NCBI GenBank assembly: GCA_013239625.1
Contig: MU053513.1
Span: 3,336,927 to 3,400,926 of the forward strand
Origin: Lama guanicoe
Lineage: Eukaryota
DNA: 64,000 bases
Reading direction: 5' to 3'
A program made the translations under genes and the position numbers. Positions 14,968-29,820 of the stretch are shown one piece after another (position 1 is the first letter of the stretch; every line of letters starts with the position of its first letter). The notes below the pieces were generated by a model. That model was not told the DNA's origin. It made no database searches and saw only the letters and a list, made by a program, of their open reading frames with translations.

Positions 14968-15290
14968 GCTATGAGTTGGATTGTGTCTTCCAGAAAGAAA
15001 TTTTGAAATACTAAACTCTGGTATCTGAATGCGACCTTATTTGGAAATTGGATCTTTGCAGAAGTAAACAAGTTAAGGTAAGGTCTTTAGGATGAGCCTT
15101 AATCCAACATGACTGGTATCTTTGTAAGAAGACAATGTCAGGGAACTATATTCAATGGCAAACTGTAATGAGAAAGAACATGGAAAATATAGATACATAT
15201 GTATAACTGAATCACTATGCTGTACACCAGAAACTAATAACAACATTGTAAATTAACTATACTTCAATTTTTAAAAGTTAAAAAATGTAT
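14968..15290 (+). mobile_element. MLT1 LTR 5' fragment (14968-15138) abutted by a LINE-1 3' end (15139-15290)
   Basis: TGCTATGAGTTGGATTGTGTC...GACCTTATTTGGAAATTGGATCTTTGCAGA; then ATAACTGAATCACTATGCTGTACACCAGAAACTAA...AACTATACTTCAAT. Confidence 0.75.
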
Positions 15291-15331
15291 TTTTTAATAG
15301 TTTTTTTTGTAAAAGTGATAAATGATATTCA

Positions 15332-15535
<204 letters not shown>

Positions 15536-15603
15536 TCATTACGTATACAAAGGAAAACCCAAGAAAACTGCAATTTAACTTTCGAAATAATCCTATAATT
15601 TAC

Positions 15604-15745
15604 AGTAGTGATTCTCCAACTTTAATATACATACAAATCACATGAGAATTCTGACTCAGTAGGTCAGGGATGAGGCCTGAGAATCTACATTTTGAATAAA
15701 CTCCCAAGTATGCTGTCAATTAGTGAAGCACACTTTGATTAACAA
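15604..15745. mobile_element. MER5A-like hAT MITE
   Basis: ATTCTGACTCAGTAGGTCAGGGATGAGGCCTGAGAATCTACATTTTGAATAAACTCCCA core. Confidence 0.7.
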
Positions 15746-16159
15746 GACTCAACAGTATCTTTCTGCAGTTAGTTAATGGCTTTTTTCCATAGACCAGCTA
15801 CAATACTCAGACTAATATAAAACATTCTAGTCCATGGCATTCTGTCAATAATAGCAAGATAGCAATAATATATCCTTAAAGGGGGAAACATCTTTTACAT
15901 TGATAAAATGAGTATTTAATATAATCACTCTGTTCTAACATAAGAAGTTGAGAATTGTAAGTAAGAGAAAGAAAAATAATTTCAGGTACAGAGTCCTGTT
16001 TACTAAAAACAAACAAACAGGACTCTACAGAGAATGAAAAGGAGGGCTACTTTAGTTAGGCTGGTTGAGAAAGACCTGTGTGTGTTTTGGGCAGTTTAGT
16101 TAAGAAAGCATCCATCTGACAATGATGAGATGGGGATAACGATACCAATGATGGTGAGA

Positions 16160-16420
16160 AGAGCTAACACATACTGAATACTGAGTATGTTCCAGGCATT
16201 ATTTTAAGCACTTTATATATATTAACTTATTTAATTCTAACAATAATGGTAATAGATGCTATTATTAACCACATTTTATAAGGGAAGAAACTGAAGCACA
16301 ACGAAATTAAGTAACTTGTCCAAGGTTTCCAAATAAGCAAACAGTAAGAAAAGAGTTACCAGTTTAAAAAGGCCAGAACAGCAATTTAAGCCCAGGTAGT
16401 CTTTCTGGCTCCAGAACCAG
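16160..16420 (-). mobile_element. MIR SINE (further MIRs near 21780-21980, 22200-22340, 25050-25370, 50640-50820, 55115-55290, 55930-56080, 56570-56700, 60205-60420)
   Basis: MIR core ATTTTATAAGGGAAGAAACTGAAGCACAACGAAATTAAGTAACTTGTCCAAGGT. Confidence 0.75.
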
Positions 16421-17116
16421 AACGAGTATCAAAGCTGATGGAGGACTGCAAATGAGGGTAAGAATGAAGGGAAATGAATGAGTAAGATGACAGAGATCAG
16501 GACACAGAAATCCTTGTAGGCCATGGTAAAGAGTCTGAATGCTTTTCTAAATGTAATGAGAGCACTGGAAGATTTTAAGCAAGGAACTTTCAAGATCTGA
16601 TTTTTGGTTTAAGAGGATTATACTCTGACCACTAGGTTGAGAATAGGAGAAGAAGAGAGACAATTTAGGGGCTATTATACTATATCGTCGTCCAGGCTAA
16701 CATGATGGAGATATGGGTTAGGATTGCAGCCTTGGAAATGGTAAGAAGTGATCCAGAACAGGCGCATACTCTAAAGGTTGAGTCATCAAGAGGATTTACT
16801 GATACACTGAATCTGGGTGAAGAGAGGAAGGGAAATAAGAATGTCTCTTAAATCATCAAACTACCAGATTTTTGATACATCAATTTAAACATTTTTTTAG
16901 GGAACTACTCAAATCAAGAATCAAGTCCTGGCTGGGAGTAAGGCGGTGGTTCATCATAGGTACTGAACAGGCACAATTCTTTTATTTTTTGAGAACCTGG
17001 CTTCTGCAGAAACAAAGGAAGTGAGGAGCACACCTAAACTTGCCATTTGCTATCTAGAAGTCAATGAGTGAAACATTACATGGAACAGGTGACAAATCCA
17101 TAGAAGCATTAGAGGT

Positions 17117-17181
17117 ATTCAGATAGCTCAGTAGGTAGAATATCCACCTTTTAACCTAATATTCTTAGGTTCAAGTCTGTG
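17117..17181 (+). pseudogene. Decayed, 3'-truncated tRNA-Lys(UUU) pseudogene
   Basis: Ungapped hand alignment to tRNA-Lys-TTT as recalled, about 45/65 nt; GATAGCTCAGTAGGTAGA, anticodon loop CTTTTAA, GGTTCAAGTC; acceptor stem absent. Confidence 0.75.
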
Positions 17182-18253
17182 AAAAGACCTCAACTTCTCC
17201 TTTCAACTATAATATGAACTCCTAGAGGGCAAATATCCTATCATTTAACATACAGCAGGAAATCAAGCAATGTTTGGCAATAGTAATGGTAAATAATGAT
17301 AAACTATGGAATGTGACGAAGTAAAACTGAATATGAAACACTGTAATAATTACCAGCCTTACTGATTTTCTATGTTACCCAATGTTATTTTAACACAGAA
17401 AGTCAATGGCAGAGTACTTTTTCCAATATTATTTTAACTCTTTTTTCTAGCAATAGAAAAAATATTAATTTACGAAGTTGAAAAGGAATAACTACAATTA
17501 ATTATAAACTCCTTAAAAAGATTATAATTTTAGACCATCATTATTTGACAGAACTGCAAAGGTGTTGAGGTTACTCTACTGATGGATAATGAAAAGCAGT
17601 GTATACAGCACTGCTCCTACCTTTACTAAAATTAGTACCAACAATTATCTAGATAGATCTAAACTGTTCCTGAAGATTAAGGTAAATAATAAAATTAGAT
17701 ATTTTGGGCTTCTAAGTTTGCAAGAGTAAGTACTGTCTGGAGATTTCACAAAATGGAAAATGAAGCCAAGATAAGAATGCATAAAACGACAAATATTTGA
17801 ACACTACGGCTTTCAAATCGGTACTGAGTACATTAAGGTTTCCACTGTCTAAAGTACTCTTTATTCTGTTCAATACTCTTAATACTAAAGTTTATAGTCA
17901 TTTTAAGTTTATCCCTTTCATTGATATCTGAAGTTACATGTAATTACTGAAATCTGAGATTTTCCTCTAAGATTACTTATCCCCACCTTGCACTGTACCA
18001 AACTAGCTTCTAGTTTCCCTGCATGTACCATATTGCTGTGTTGAAAATCATGCTTCAAGACTTTGTTTTTCACTGTCTTATCACCTTTTCTACTTCTTTA
18101 TCTGGATAACTTCTATTTATACTTCAAAACTTATGTCAGGTGTTATCTCCTCTAGAAAGCCTTTCCTAATTAATCCCCTTTTACCTCTGTACTAAGCCCA
18201 ACTAACTCTCTTAGGATCCCATCATTTTTTATACAAACTTTCATACCACTATA

Positions 18254-18432
18254 CAGTCATCCTTCTGTATCTGCAGGGGATTAATCCCAAGACCTCCAGC
18301 AGATACCATAATCTGCAGATACTTAAGTCCCTTATATAATATGGCCTAGCACAGTCGGCCCTCCATATCCACAGGTCCCACATCCGCAGATTCAACCAAC
18401 TGCAGGGTCCCTCAGATACTGAGGGCCTGATG
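18254..18432. mobile_element. MER2/Tigger-type MITE, internally deleted
   Basis: TA|CAGTCATCCTTCTGTATCTGCAGGGGATT ... GATACTGAGGGCCTGATG inverted termini. Confidence 0.75.
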
Positions 18433-18890
18433 TTCTTAGCACATGTTAATGTAACTGTGATACTATGTGTCTCCTCCAGGCTGTAATTCCTCAAGGAGAA
18501 AAACCATGACTCACTAATTCTCTGTACAAAATTGAACCCATATTAAACTATATGGTTTTATCCCTGCTGTAAACACTGCCACAGGTTGATTGCATTATCT
18601 TCTAATAACATTTTGATTCTAGATTAGGTATCCCACTATGAAATCTATAAATACTCTACATGTTCTTGCACACACATGTGTGCATTTCTCCCTCTCTTTT
18701 GTGCTTACCGTCAGTATTCCTGGTACTCTAACTAAAGCTAATAATAAACCAATAAAACAAGCAATCTAGTCATATACCCAAGACTTAAGTGATTCAACTA
18801 TTTTTACCTTCTCAAATGATTATAGATTTTCTGTATTTAATACTTTTAAAACTGGCTATTTTAATTTTGTAGTATTCTGGATGCAATAAC

Positions 18891-19745
18891 TTTTTTATTA
18901 TGATAAAACATACAAAACACAAATTTTACCACTTTAACCATTTTAAGGACACAATTCAGACTATTAGGTATACTTGCAACATTGTTCAACCATTACCACC
19001 ATTCATTTCCAGAGCTTTCTCATAATCCCAAAGAGAAATTCTGAATCCATTAAATAGTAACTCCCCCGTTTCCACCTCTCCCAGTCCCTCTACAAATTTG
19101 CCTATTCTAGGTACTTCATGTAAGTGGAATGAAAATAATTTTCCTTTTGTGTCTGGTATATTTCACTTAGCAGAATCTGTTCAAGGTTGATACATCTTGT
19201 GGCATGTATCAGAATTTCATTCCTTTTTAAGGCTGCATGATATTCCATTGTATGTATACACCTTATTTTACTTATTCAGTCAGTTACTCATTGATGGACA
19301 TTTGGTTTATTTCCATCTTTCAGCTACTGTGAATAATGCTGCTATGAATACTTGTATGCTAGTATCTGTTTGAGTCCCTGCTCTTAATTCTTTGGGGTAT
19401 ATACCTAGAATTAGGACTTCTGGATCATGTGGTGATTCTATGTTTAATTTTTTGAGGAACCACCATACTGTTTCTAAAACTGCATCATTTTACATTCCCA
19501 CCATAACTGGATCAGGATTCCAGTTTCTCCGCATCCTCACCAATGCTGATCTTCCATTTACCTGGTAATAATGATCCTAATGGGTAGAAAGTGGTACTTG
19601 TGGTTTTCATTTGCATTTCCCTAATGACTAGTGATGCTGCACCGCTTCTCATGCGCTTATTGGCCCTTTGTGTATCTTCTTTGGAGAAGTCTCTGTTGAA
19701 GTCCTCTGCCTAGTTTTGAAATGGGCTATTGGGTTTTTTCTTGCT
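18891..19745 (-). mobile_element. LINE-1 (L1MA/MB-type) 3' end
   Basis: Reverse L1 3' UTR/ORF2 end: ATTCCATTGTATGTATAC, GTGAATAATGCTGCTATGAA, TTTGCATTTCCCTAATGACTAGTGATG. Confidence 0.88.
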
Positions 19746-19923
19746 TAGTACAAATATATTTTTAAAACCAGTCTTTGGAGAAACATCTGAGCAGTTCAGC
19801 AATGATGGTACAATGATTAAAAATATGTTCCTTCAATATTTTGCCAATGAATAATTTAAAGAAATGTAAACTATTCATATAAAAATATATTGATTTTTTA
19901 AGAAAAAAAACTGGATGATCTTA

Positions 19924-20133
<210 letters not shown>

Positions 20134-21001
20134 TTAGAATAAAAAAAATTATTGCTATAAAAGGAAACATTTATTTTATCTTAATATTAGGAAAATTAAA
20201 AATATTTGCATAGCATCACTTAAATTGAAAGGGAAAAAGCATACCAAGTGTTCCTTATTTTTGATAACTAGTTAAATAATCTCTAAAAATTTAAGTTGGA
20301 TAAAAATAGATAATTTTCTGAAGTCTGAGACTTAAAGGGATATCAGACACCCATAAATCACGTTAGAAGACAACATTCAATGGTAATTTGTGAAAATTTT
20401 TGATGTACCATTCTAAGTATGTATTCAAATAATATTGAAAAGTCTCAGAGCTTTAAAGGTACAGTCAGGAAGTCCCAATGTATAGGAAAGTGTGTTTTGA
20501 TCTTGGTGACAGCAGTTGCCATGATTAACTGAGAAAACAAGTGGTCCAACCTGGCTCAAAGAAAGCATCTGTTTAGTATGTCCTAGAAATATCCATTCCA
20601 AAAATATCACACCCTGTCTCATTCTAAATCTTTAAGAAGTAATAGGATAAAGTAACAAGAACACAGCTCTAACTGTGTTTCACTTCTGTACCCTCACATT
20701 TCCAGTTTACTGTAGCTAGTTGAGCTTTTCTCCCCACAGTAAAGTGAACATCAACCATTAGGGCAATAGATTATGACAAATTTGGAGAAATTCTACACAA
20801 ATTAAATTAGTCAGATATGCCTTACATAAAAATTTTAGTTAGCTATCTTACTATTTTAATAATTACTAAGCATGTTTTATGAGCTAGGTACTTTTCTAGG
20901 TGGTAGGGACATAACAAAGAACAAAACATTTTAAAAGACCTCGCCCCCCCCACCCCGGAACACACACTAGAGATTTATTACTTCCCCTGAATCATACTTA
21001 C

Positions 21002-21117
21002 TTGGACTGAACCTCCATTAGGACAGTACTGAATTCTGCTATACATAACTGTTCAATGTACTCTAATCCTTTTGTTTCATTGAAGTATTTCCTTTGGATA
21101 GTAGTGAAATTAACATT
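21002..21117 (-). CDS. MSH4: MSH4 exon 5
   Basis: [46 protein letters not shown]| ... CAA|GTAAGT; 116 nt. Confidence 0.97.
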
Positions 21118-22859
21118 CTGAAAAGAATTTTTAATTTCAAAATAAATTTTAAGTTTCATGCACTTGCCCGAAACTACTTTCCTAAACATATGCTAGTACA
21201 CAAGTAGGTGGCTTAAATATTGTATAAAGTTTAGTTTTCATTATTTATTATTTCCTAGAGTCGAATAAGTTATCTTAGTTATTCATAAAAAAAAATGATG
21301 ATCTGTCTTGCTTAGTGAATTATAGTAGTCTGTAGCTCTTATTAGGTCATACTCACAGGAAATTTAACTGAATCTTAAGTATAATAATAAAAAATAAACA
21401 TACGAGTCTCTGCCTTCTACTAATTTTATTCTACAGCAACAGCAGCAACAAAGGTTTTACATCAGCCTCATAAACTCTATCATAACTGAGACAGGGTAAG
21501 TCTTTGTAATATACTAATTGAGAAAGACAAAAACACCAATTCCAGCTATCGAATCTATGAAATGCTATCTACATGAGATGAATTCGATTTATTTAGAATA
21601 AAGAAAAGGAGATAATGGAACTTTTTTAAAAAGAGCACAAAAAAAGCATGAAGTTGTGAAGTAAAACGTCTGCCCACTTTGAATAAAAGTAATAAGCAAG
21701 AAGGGTAATATAGTAACAATGGACTGTGAAACAGCTGTAAGACCAAAAAAAAAAAATCATAAGCAGGTAGAGAATTTGTTATATGCCAATATTGTTTGAA
21801 CAGCTATCTCATTTAATCTTCACAATAACCTATAATGTAAGTCTTGTATTAACTACAATTTTCCTGTAAGTCAAATTCTGAAAAGTCAAGTAAGTCTTCT
21901 AGTATCATCTGATTGATACATGCCAGAGCTGAGAACTGAATTTAAATTTCTTTGACTACAAAGTCCATGCTCCTTCCACTTCATTTTGCTTCTTATTTAC
22001 TTAAGGTCTTTTTATGGTAAATGTGATAATGATGATAATAATAATAATATTGATTCTTCCCTCTGCTTACAATTCATTTCCACCTAATACTTCTATGACT
22101 GTCTCCTTCATTCCCTTCAGGACTTTGCCCAAATGGAACCTCATAATGAGACCATTTCTGATTATCCTATATAAAATATCAATTCTCTAGGAGGCAGATC
22201 CTATTATTATCCTTATCTTACTGACAAAAAAAAAAAAAACTGAAGCTTAAAGAGGTTAACTTGCACAAAGTCATTTAGAATCAGGATTTGAAACCAGAGC
22301 AGTGTGACTCCTCTACTCTTAAGCACCAGCCTGTACTTACTGTCTTACATCTCAAGTGTAGTAAATATATGTTGCTTTCACCTTTGGAGGATTACCTGTC
22401 ACAGTCCCCAGAGGGAGGCTAGAGTAGTAAGCTAACTATGAGATCACGCTGCCAGGGGAAGCTGAAATAATTCTGTAACACAGATCAAACTCTCCTCAAA
22501 AAAAGTACTTGCTGATAACTGCTATCCTCTACAAGAATAAACTTTAATTTCAACTAGTCCGGCAGCACAATAACTCATTTCCAAGGAGCTATACCTAAGG
22601 AAGTCCATGCTTTCTCAAAGGGTCTGCTTCCGATATACTCTGGGAAACCCCCTTATTACCTAAAACATTTTTCCTTTTAAGTATTTCAAGGGTACAAGAT
22701 TAAATAAGTGGACTGTCTGTCATTTTTATTATATGTATTAATAATCCCTTAGCTGAAGACTTGTATTTAGTGAGTACTTCAGGGTAAATATAAAGTTACT
22801 CAAATTATTGTTTTTAGAATATTATGGATATTAAATAAATAAGATCTTGAACATTACTA

Positions 22860-22991
<132 letters not shown>

Positions 22992-24309
22992 CTAAAAATC
23001 ATTTGAATAAACAATTTCTTAAATGTAAGCTTAGGATTCTCTAAAACCAAAAAAGTTTCATATTTTTCTGAGAGATAAGTACTTATAATTAATTCAGAGA
23101 TATAAAAAAACACAACTGTCTTAATTATATATTTTAATTAAAATATATTTCTAATAGTGATATGTTAAACATATATCCTATAAAATCGTAAGTATGAAAT
23201 ATTATAAACATAGGCTATATTTTATTCACAATAGTTTGTATCAGCTCTAAGCCCCCAAATTAATTTGAACTTATCAGATATATATTTCTAAAAAAAGACT
23301 TTTTAAATTCTTCTACACAGTATTTTATCTACCCAGTATTTTATCTATCTATATCCAGTATGTTTATGAAAAACAAATACATTCAATAGTGTAACTATGG
23401 TGATTCAATCAGTGTGGCCACACTGGTACAGCTTAGAAGTTGAAAAGTACAAAAACACAGATGAGAAATATCTGCTTTACGACTGATGTTTTTCCCAAAA
23501 TAAGGTTTATTGCTTGGAACTATTCTGGACACAAATTCTTAATCAATATGCCAAACATTCCTGTATTTTACAAAAGCTTTTATCCTTTTCTTTTTAAATT
23601 GCATAAAAATGTGAAATACCCAGGGATAAAGTTAGTATGCAGTACTATTAATCATGCAGGTTGTTCGGTATATTAAAAATAAATTATTCGGTAGCAAAAG
23701 GAAGCCTACATAATGGGGAAACACAAAGGGGTCCTAAGGGAAAGGAATAAAGAACAATAAAACATTAAAAATAACATCATATTTAATATCTTTTAATAAT
23801 AGTAATTGAGTCAGGTAACTTTTTAGAATATAGCGATTAGGAGCAGACTATCTCTACCTGATTAAGTCACACAAATTCCCATGACAATAGGGCCAGTGAC
23901 CCAAATTAATGATGAGTGGTAAGAAGGGAAGGCAACAAGTTGATAGACTAAATTATTACTGATCAAAGACACAACTTTCCCTTACCTCTGGAAAATAAAA
24001 TTCAAATACAGTCCAGTGGAAACAGCCCTTTGGGGACAGCATTATTAAATACATTATCTTTGAAATCAGTCCAGGAACTATTAATATGAAGACATTAATT
24101 TTACAAACTAATATAAATTTGGAATGTTCAAGTAACAGCAAAGCATTTTATTTCAGAGCAAAATATATTAAAAATTTAAGTCAAATGTAAAACAATTTTA
24201 TTTTAATTCAGAGTAACCTACATTGATGCAATCATGAATAATCTTTATTTTACCAAAAAGTAAACTAATTAGAAAAGCACAGACTTGAAAATCTGCATAG
24301 TGCCCTCTA

Positions 24310-24519
<210 letters not shown>

Positions 24520-26339
24520 TTAACAAAATGTATAAACATTAATAATAATACTTTCTAGTTCCTTCTCATAAGATCTCAAAGCACCAAATCTAGGACACAA
24601 CTATTAATAATCCAAGGAAAAATCTTGTTTTCCTCATCAAAAAATAACTTCTCATAACCAGACCAAATAAAAATGTTAATTCTGTAAGTATTTTGTCAAA
24701 ACTTAACTTCAGATTTAAAAATAATAAACTTATATATTGTCTTATTTTGCACTTTAGTGGAATGAAATCATAAAGAAACACTAAATTTCGGATCAGAAAA
24801 TAGCTTATCTTACTCTGTCATTTAAAAGCTATATGAATTTAAGCAGATTATTTCTTAATAAATCATATATAAAAATATAATGCAATAACTACCCTACCTA
24901 ACTCGAGTTGGCTGGATCAAACATATATATGAATGTATTTTATAAAGTATAAAACATTACAAAAGTATAAACTCCAATTATAAAATACCTGTGTAATATT
25001 AGATATTTTATTAACATACCAAGAATGTTCTAAGTTCTTTGCTTGGATTAACTTATTTGTCACAATGATTCTATCAATGGACATCATTATTTTTTCCACT
25101 TACTTCTAAGGAGACTGAGGCATGAATGAAGCCAGTAGAATTTGTACATAGGCAGCCTGGCTCCTGAGCTAGTGTCCTTAACCACTACATATATTACTGA
25201 TTTCGAGATCTGTGCCTTACAGAACATAAATATGCAGGTCAGTAGTTTAACCTTCCTAAAGCTACCATTTCTTCATCTGTATGTTAACCGGAAATACCAA
25301 ATCTTTTTCAAAGTTTTGTAAGAATTAAACATAATATAGAAGTGTTTTGTAAAGTATATGAAATTATAAAGCATTATTCATAGATTTTAAACATCAGGCT
25401 AAACATATTTAAAATCTTATTTTCAAAGAAGCAAAATTGTCTCTTATTCTCTTGTCAACTTTTCATCATATCCCTTTTAGCCCCTCCTTTTGTGCTCAGA
25501 ACCTTTTTTGCCATGAAAGCCTTGTGATACATAGTGATTGAGTTTATATTAAATCTACAGAAGTCAGTTTAAGTTCTGCAATCGAATATGAACTTCCTAT
25601 TTTTAACTTGAAGATAAATACCAAATTCCAGTGCAAATTCAGTACACTCAGAAGACAGCTCCTTTAAACTTTAAAAAGAACATTTATACTGTTATCTCTC
25701 TGTTATAAGTAATACTATAATGAGCATCATAGCATACATAAAGCTTTTTTCTGGGTCTCTTATTATTTCCTCAGAGTGGATCCTTAGAAGTCAAATTACT
25801 GGAAGAAATGAAACTGTCTAAAGGATCTCATAAATATTGCCAAATTTCTTTTCAGAATTGTACCAATTTTTAATCTCATCAACAGTATATGAGAAAACCC
25901 AGTCTTGCTGAATCTTTACCACTACTAACCTCTATAATGTATTATTATTACTATAGTTGTTATTGTTATTACTATCGACCAATCTAATGACTATTGCTTA
26001 AATTTATATTTTAAAAAATTACTCTCAAAATTGAACATGATTTAATATTCATTTGTTTTCTATATTTTGAGATGCTTACACCTTTTACACAATTTTTTCT
26101 GCATTCTAATGTTTTTAATCTGTTTTTGAGAATTTTATAAATCAATGACAATAATTTAGTTGCTACCAATCTTTCTTTTTTTGATATCAAAAAGGTTTCT
26201 GTATAGACAATTTTTCCCTTTATAATTTCTTCCATTGCTTTTCTGCTAAGAAATTCCTCCTTCATTGAGATATTTGATATACATTACTATTTTCTTCTAA
26301 CTTTTTGAGTTGTTTTGTTCATTTTGAACTTTCATTTGG

Positions 26340-28107
26340 GCAGAAAGATGAGCAATACATTTGGTTCTCCATCATGTCTGGAATGAGAGATAACCCAGAA
26401 GTATAGATTCGGACTCATTCATGAGCAGTTGCTAATGGGTTAGCTGGGTGGTCAGGGACCTGGAAGAAACAGGGTTGGAAGATACTGACAAGGAAAGTTG
26501 GGGAAGAAGTATGTGGATGAATCTCTTCTAATGGGAGTAGTCTTTGAAAATATCTGACTCATGTGAATGCTCACCAAAGGGCATCCAATGTAAAGGAGAC
26601 AATAATAGTGGACAAAATAATACACTCTGTTGATGTCAATTAGCCTCTTTTCCCAGCCACTCCAGTGTTTCCTCAACAGAGCCATGAACAAATTGGCCAT
26701 AATAGCAAGAATGGAGGCTATATGCATGGGCTCAACGACATGAACTTTCTCTTCTGCCAACAGCAGAGATCAACATGCCCATATATCACCATTCCGCAGG
26801 GGCACAACACACCACCTCATGGTAGGTTGATTACACTGGATTTCTTCCATCAAGGAGGGAGCTGATATTTGCCCTCACTGGGAAAAAACACACATTCTAG
26901 ATATGAATTTGCCTTCCTTGCCCACAAAGCCAACATCCCCATCTATGAACTTACAGAGTACCTGATCCACCATTATGGTATTCCATACAATATTGTATCT
27001 GATCAAGGAACTCACTTCACAGCAAAAGAAATACATACATCAATGGACTCAGGCCATTGAACCAACTGGTCTTACCACATTCCCCATCACCCAGAAATGC
27101 CTGGCTTAGTCGAAGGGCAGAATGACTTACTGAAGACCCAGTTATGGTACCAACTAGGAGACAACACCCCCAAAAGATTGGGGTTCCATCTTACACGATG
27201 CAGTTTCCATTTTGAATCACAAGTGCTGTATTTCTCATAATCTTCCTAAAGAATGTTGCTTCCCATCCTGACAAACTTGAGCCCTGTTGGTTTGGAGATC
27301 TTAGTCTCCACAAGGTTACTGGTTCCCCAGGTAACACAACAATGGTTCCACTGAATTGGAAGATGAGACTGCCCCTTGGCCATTTGGGGCTCCTTATTTA
27401 TGCTACTGAACCAACAGGCAAAAAAGGAGGGGGTTATCTATCGATGGAGTAATCGATCCTTATTGCCAAGGGGATATCACGTTGCTAAACACAATGCAGG
27501 TAAAGTAGATTTTGTATGGAACCCAGGGGATTCTCTTAGGCACCCTTTAGTATTTCCAATAGAAAAGGTTAATGGAAAACTACAGACACCAAAAAGAGGC
27601 AGAGTGACAAAGGATCTAGACCCTTCAGGAATGAAGGTTAGGGTCATTCCACCATTATTGCTGCTAGTAAGGGAAATATGGAATGGGTAGTGGAAGAAGG
27701 AAGCCATAGATATCAACTAAAACCTCATGACCAATTACAGAAACAAAAACTGTGGTAGCTTTGGATATTTTCTCTATGCTTTGTCATATACATGTTTATT
27801 TATATAAACTAAACATTTTCTTCTCTCTCTTTTCAATTTAAAAAACTTTATGCACAAGTTATTGGAGGACTTCACAATGTAATCTTTAAGTAATAAAATA
27901 TTCAAAGGGACCATGACTGATTTTGAGATAATTAATATACAATGACTGTTGGGACTATGAATCTTGTCATTTTCGGAAAGAGTGAGAACTCCCTCACTTG
28001 TAAGTACAGATGTATATATTCTGTTACATAGAAACAGTCATTTAATTGTTGTAAGAGTCCAAATGTGTGTAGAATGGCATATATGGAAGTTGAATAGCCA
28101 AAGGAGT
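26340..28107 (+). mobile_element. ERV-L internal relic (RNase H, integrase, dUTPase), degenerate
   Basis: AVANGLAGWSGTWKKQGWKI (from 26425), HYGIPYNIVSDQGTHFTAKE (ORF 26869-27060), LNWKMRLPLGHLGL (from 27351); dUTPase after integrase is the ERV-L order. Confidence 0.88.
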
Positions 28108-28923
28108 TATGCCAGTTATCAATTTATTGTCACTCAGCTCCAAATTCACATTTCAATATAAGCTCTGCAATAATGGACAGAATTCCTATAAGCCTTTCTC
28201 CTTTAAAGTGTGCATAGTGTTTTCTCAGTAGAGGGCACTGGAGGGACTGTGCAGGATAGGGCTCTCCTGAGATTTCCACTGCAGCATGGTGGGCCAGCAG
28301 TGTAGGTATAGAGACATCTGGTGGTGATGTGCCCAGCTGTACACCCAGAATATGCTGTCCTTGGCAATCACACAGACTCAGCCGGGCGTGGTAACAACCT
28401 TCCCACAGCCCTGTTGATACAGATATCCTGCACTCCAGGCCTTCTGCCCATAAACTAATTCCCTCTGCTCTTTCACTCTCTTCTCAAGTCTGCCCAGTCC
28501 TCCTGATGCCACTGCCCTCCCAACAGGGAGACTGTGTGCTCCAGGCCTCCAAACCACTCCCACTGCACAGCTACATTCCCACCACCAGCTATAGTTCACC
28601 CACCCTGCCTGCTTCCTGTTTGCCCTGGACAGCAAGCCAGCTCTGGCCTACCCAATCTGCAGGCACTACTGAAACTGCCATTCAGTGGGTTCAACTTCAC
28701 CTCCTCCAAAGAGGTTTGTGTCCCAGCCTTGGGAGATGGATTGCAGAGGGTCCCCACTTCCAAGTTCGACCTCCTGGGAGTCACCTCAGCCCTAGAGGCC
28801 CTTACAGAGTTTTCTTACACCTTATAGTTACTTTTTTATCATAGCTTAAGAATTCTTTATATTAAATCTCCCCTGTTTAAATCATTGTATGATTCTACTT
28901 CAGATTGGATCCTAAGTGCTACA
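28108..28923 (+). mobile_element. 3' LTR of the ERV-L relic (subfamily unassigned)
   Basis: Follows the PPT-like TAGCCAAAGGAG; GC-richer body; ATTAAA at 28861-28866; ends ...GCTACA. Confidence 0.7.
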
Positions 28924-29637
28924 TTCTCTGCCTCCATGGAGTTTATAGTCCAGCAAAGACAGACAATTAAAAAAAGATAAATAACCTCATTAACAACAAG
29001 GAAAATGCAAATTCAGATTATAGTTAGGTAGCATTTCACAGCTGCTAGACTGGTAAATATTAAGGAGTCTGACTATACCAAATGTTGGATAGTATGTAGA
29101 TCAACAAGAACTCACTGCTAATAAGACTGTACCCTGGTAGAACCTTGGAAGAACAAACTGTCATCATTTTGTAACTGTCTATATTCATAAACCTTGTAAC
29201 CAAGAAATTCCACTGCATGTACTTTAAAGAATGCTTACACACGTAGACCTATCTCACTCATTTTCCCCTCAAGAAAATCAAAATTTAGATTAAAACTAAA
29301 ATTTAAATATTAAAAAAAAAACACTCAATAGTATTATCAGAATCAACTTCTACATTTAAACATCATATAAAAGGACAGGCATTCTCTTTCTTGTGGGTTT
29401 TTTGTCAGAATGGTAAAAATAATGTAAACCTGCATTTATTAACAAACAATATCACAAACTACATAGCCTTATTAAGCTAGCCTCAAATTATGGATATGGC
29501 TAAATTGATGTATTTATCGTTCAGTCTTCCATATGAGTTGCAAATAACTTCAAATTAACTAAGCTACACTAATTCATAATTTACAAAACTTCAAATGTTT
29601 CAAAAGATCATCTAGGCCAATATTCCACTCATTTTAC

Positions 29638-29820
29638 CTGAATATCCCACTTGCGGTGTCCAACTTTTATAACCTGATTTCTGAGGATTTCCAGCAGACA
29701 ATGGAGTTTTTAGTATTTGAGGATAATTACTATCTCGCACAGAGGATGAGCTTGTCCCAAGTGTAAAATTTGATGCAAATGTGTTTTCTGCATGAGATCT
29801 CTTGTTTTTAAAGTATGAAC
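29638..29820 (-). CDS. MSH4: MSH4 exon 2
   Basis: [66 protein letters not shown]| ... CAG|GTAAAA; 183 nt. Confidence 0.96.

Noticed and set aside
28378..28844. Four overlapping ORFs of 62-112 aa on both strands
   Set aside because: All lie in the GC-richer ERV-L LTR, with no protein similarity I recognise.
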